From a virus (Duplodnaviria; Heunggongvirae; Uroviricota; Caudoviricetes): a stretch of DNA of 27,387 bases. The DNA lies in the IMG/VR virus record IMGVR_UViG_3300014890_000018, positions 1 to 27,387 of that record, one strand, 5' to 3'. The translations under genes and the position numbers were made by a program. Below, piece by piece: positions 25,541-27,387 of this stretch; within the stretch, counting starts at the first letter, position 1; every line of letters starts with the position of its first letter. The notes under the pieces are model-generated. The model was not told the DNA's origin. It saw only the letters and a program-made list of their open reading frames with translations, and ran no database searches.

Positions 25541-26133
25541 TGATTGCCATCCTGACGTTCTTTCAGTCTCTTCCTGGCTGCCGCTATGCGATCAGCAATT
25601 GTCACATTCACATTAACATCCAGGCGTTCTTTGAATGCGTTGACGTCGACGTGCTTACCAATCAGTTCGAGGTTCTTCACCTTGTCAGGCCATTTAATTT
25701 TTTTGAGGATTGTCTCTATCGAATCCTCGTTCATGTTCATGATGGTCGATGACAGATCAAAGCCACTAAGCGTAGTGCGCCAGATTTTCGGCCACTCGCG
25801 GATTGGCTTAAGGCTCCCATCGTCGTTGAGGATGTCGATCACGTCCATCTGGTCGATCTCCACCAGGCGCATGAGAACGTAATCAGCACTGACGCGCATT
25901 CGTTTGTTGCGCTCCTCCATCAACTCGGCAATCCGTTTTTGAATGCGTTCATCGCGCATCATGACACTGGCTTTAACTGCCGCTGTATTTGGGGAGAATC
26001 CTGCGTTAATCGCTGCCTGAGTCTGGTTTTCAGGCGTTTTGATGTATGACTGGCAATAAGCCTCCTGCATTGCTGTTAGTGGCTTAAATTGCGTTGATTT
26101 GCGTTTATAGGTTTTAGGTTCAGCAGGCATCAT
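25537..26133 (-). CDS. Terminase small subunit (about 198 aa from ATG at 26133)
   Basis: N-terminal helix-turn-helix segment AMQEAYCQSYIKTPENQTQAAINAGFSPNTAAVKASVMM is typical of small-terminase DNA-binding domains; directly upstream of and overlapping TerL. The track start at 26211 is a TTG inside the upstream terminator/repeat region; ATG at 26133 (or 26130) preferred. Confidence 0.8.
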   Translation of the reverse strand: MMPAEPKTYKRKSTQFKPLTAMQEAYCQSYIKTPENQTQAAINAGFSPNTAAVKASVMMRDERIQKRIAELMEERNKRMRVSADYVLMRLVEIDQMDVIDILNDDGSLKPIREWPKIWRTTLSGFDLSSTIMNMNEDSIETILKKIKWPDKVKNLELIGKHVDVNAFKERLDVNVNVTIADRIAAARKRLKERQDGNQ

Positions 26134-26140
26134 AACCACC

Positions 26141-26169
26141 GTGGTAATAGTTACCGTTGTGGTAATAGT
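26141..26169. repeat. Two direct repeats of GTGGTAATAGT, 18 bp apart, just upstream of the TerS start
   Basis: Exact 11-mers at 26141-26151 and 26159-26169, between a minus-strand terminator and the TerS ATG. Confidence 0.7.
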
Positions 26170-26175
26170 ACCATG

Positions 26176-26202
26176 CAAAATAAAGCCGCCATAGTTGGCG
26201 GC
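26176..26202 (-). terminator. Rho-independent terminator on the minus strand, upstream of the terminase genes
   Basis: Perfect 7-bp stem gccgcca / tggcggc with 4-nt loop at 26185-26202, followed on the minus strand by TTTATTTTG. Confidence 0.6.
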
Positions 26203-26243
26203 AGTATTCAAAACACATCAAATTCATCATGCATAATATACTC

Positions 26244-26255
26244 GTGACATGTCAC
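26244..26255. repeat. 12-bp perfect palindrome GTGACATGTCAC, copy 3 of 3
   Basis: Exact string overlapping the stop codon of the 112-aa gene and about 40 bp from the terminator hairpin upstream of TerS. Confidence 0.8.
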
Positions 26256-26590
26256 ACTATTAATTTCGTTTCATGCCAGCCTTTAGTCACCCAGCATTGC
26301 GAGTCACCATTACACGGGCATGAATTAACTGGCACTCTCTCGCCGCACTTACCGCAACGTTTTCTGCTGATCGATTTTATACGCCCGCGCACGCGTGCAT
26401 CATCCTGGCGGATCAGTAACGCTATATACTCACCAAATTCGTAAGGCGCACGCCCGGGGCGACGCGCGGCACAGTTACGCTCCAGCATTTCAATTTCCTG
26501 AGCATCAAGCACAATCTCCAGTTTACGCACACCAGATGCAGCTTGTCTGGCTCTCTGAGCGGCTTTGCGCTCTGCTGCTGATTTAGCCAT
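26252..26590 (-). CDS. Hypothetical small protein with C-terminal Cys-rich (zinc-ribbon-like) motif, 112 aa
   Basis: ATG at 26590 (the track start at 26593 is a TTG); basic N-terminal helical region; C-terminal CGKCGERVPVNSCPCNGDSQC cluster; overlaps the upstream ASCH-like gene. Confidence 0.5.
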   Translation of the reverse strand: MAKSAAERKAAQRARQAASGVRKLEIVLDAQEIEMLERNCAARRPGRAPYEFGEYIALLIRQDDARVRGRIKSISRKRCGKCGERVPVNSCPCNGDSQCWVTKGWHETKLIV

Positions 26591-26864
26591 CAATATTTAC
26601 CTTTATCGCGAACACCTTTACCGGTTTATCTCCGAAGTGCGGATGTGTGATTGTCTTGATTTCATATCCGTCATACGGGACGTCAATTCTGCGGCTGGAA
26701 TCGTCGCGCTTCGGATATCCCTTTGTGATAATCAGGCGGTCATGCTTACGGTTAACGAGGCGCTTTTTCCAGTAGTCATTAACAAGGCGATACTCTTCCG
26801 TTTTCTCTCCGCGAATCATGGCATCGAAGTATTCACCTTTGACGGCAAGTTGCAGGTTAGCCAC
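26583..26864 (-). CDS. ASCH-domain-like protein (93 aa from GTG at 26864)
   Basis: Contains GEKTEEYR, matching the GxKxxExR signature of ASCH domains; the track start at 26948 is a TTG far upstream; the GTG at 26864 has RBS AAGGGG 6 nt upstream. Confidence 0.5.
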   Translation of the reverse strand: MANLQLAVKGEYFDAMIRGEKTEEYRLVNDYWKKRLVNRKHDRLIITKGYPKRDDSSRRIDVPYDGYEIKTITHPHFGDKPVKVFAIKVNIDG

Positions 26865-27387
26865 GGTTAACCCCTTGCTGTGTGGCGTCGAGTAATAAAT
26901 CCCACAACCGCTGAGAGCAATTTCCGCATGTACAGCGTTGACCCACAACGTTTATCGCGTTGCTGATTTCCGGCGTTACCTGTTTAGGAACCATAACCCA
27001 ACCATCCGGAGTTACCGGAGAGTTGCCATCCAGCGCGTTCAACTTGTAAGCCTGGCTTACAAGTTGGCTACCCTGAAGCATAGCGGCACGGCAGGCGTTC
27101 CAGCCTCTCACCTCTGCAATAGCGGCAACAGCATCAACCGCGTACATGCTAAGAGGATTAGGCATTGGTTTTTCTTCCGGTACTACTGGCGATGGCTGTT
27201 TAGCTTCTAAATCAGCAATTCTGTCAACTACGGCATCTACTGCATCTGAAAAACTGAAACAGTTACTCCATTCCGGCCTGTTCCCGGTTGCTGCAAAATA
27301 CATATCAGCTAAAGCATACTCAGCATGGTCACGCTCGTTGATGAGTTGCTCTTCGCTTTTCTCCAGTTCAGCAATACGCTTGCTCCC
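26857..27387 (-). CDS. Hypothetical phage protein; reading frame is open to the window edge (ATG at 27303 or start beyond the window)
   Basis: Track ORF 26857-27303, but the same frame has no stop between 27304 and 27387, so the true start is undetermined. CxC/CxxC cysteines near the C-terminus. Confidence 0.4.
   Translation of the reverse strand, partial: GSKRIAELEKSEEQLINERDHAEYALADMYFAATGNRPEWSNCFSFSDAVDAVVDRIADLEAKQPSPVVPEEKPMPNPLSMYAVDAVAAIAEVRGWNACRAAMLQGSQLVSQAYKLNALDGNSPVTPDGWVMVPKQVTPEISNAINVVGQRCTCGNCSQRLWDLLLDATQQGVNRG

Larger units (their letters stand above)
1266..27387 (-). mobile_element. Phage/prophage late region (packaging, head, tail, lysis), podovirus-type with T7-like structural gene order; continues past the right window edge
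   Basis: Contiguous minus-strand array: TerS, TerL, portal, scaffold, capsid, tail tubular A/B, internal virion proteins, tailspike, holin-like proteins, endolysin, Rz/Rz1. Many ATGA-type start/stop overlaps typical of phage operons. Size pattern (portal 559 aa, capsid 330 aa, 114-aa small head protein, GH19 endolysin of 209 aa) recalls epsilon15-like phages; that link is from memory only. Confidence 0.85.

Noticed and set aside
1-27387. CRISPR array, insertion sequence or transposase
   Set aside because: No spacer-repeat periodicity and no terminal inverted repeats flanking a transposase-like ORF were seen; the only repeats are short regulatory-type motifs.

Overview
This window is mostly the late region of a temperate podovirus-like phage or prophage from an enterobacterium, encoded on the minus strand from about 27.3 kb down to 1.27 kb. 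In transcription order it carries three small genes (one ASCH-domain, one zinc-ribbon), small and large terminase, a portal, scaffold, major capsid, T7-like tail tubular proteins A and B, internal virion proteins (one with an SLT lytic transglycosylase domain), a chimeric tailspike with a C-terminal S74-type chaperone domain, and a lysis cassette (two membrane proteins, GH19 endolysin, Rz with embedded Rz1). Gene sizes and order resemble epsilon15-like phages, but that is from memory and unverified. Two plus-strand insertions interrupt the minus-strand array: (i) a tRNA-Arg(UCU) cassette with a structured 5' region, tandem terminators and a 125-aa ORF between large terminase and portal; (ii) a small ORF behind a near-consensus LexA box, next to an AT-rich secreted-protein gene, between the internal virion proteins and the tailspike. 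The leftmost 1.1 kb holds two plus-strand secreted-protein genes that are either flanking chromosome or cargo. The DNA-level signals most worth follow-up are three copies of the 12-bp palindrome GTGACATGTCAC, each beside a terminator hairpin at a module junction, and a regulatory module duplicated upstream of the portal and tailspike units. All calls rest on reading the sequence and the ORF track; no database search was run.
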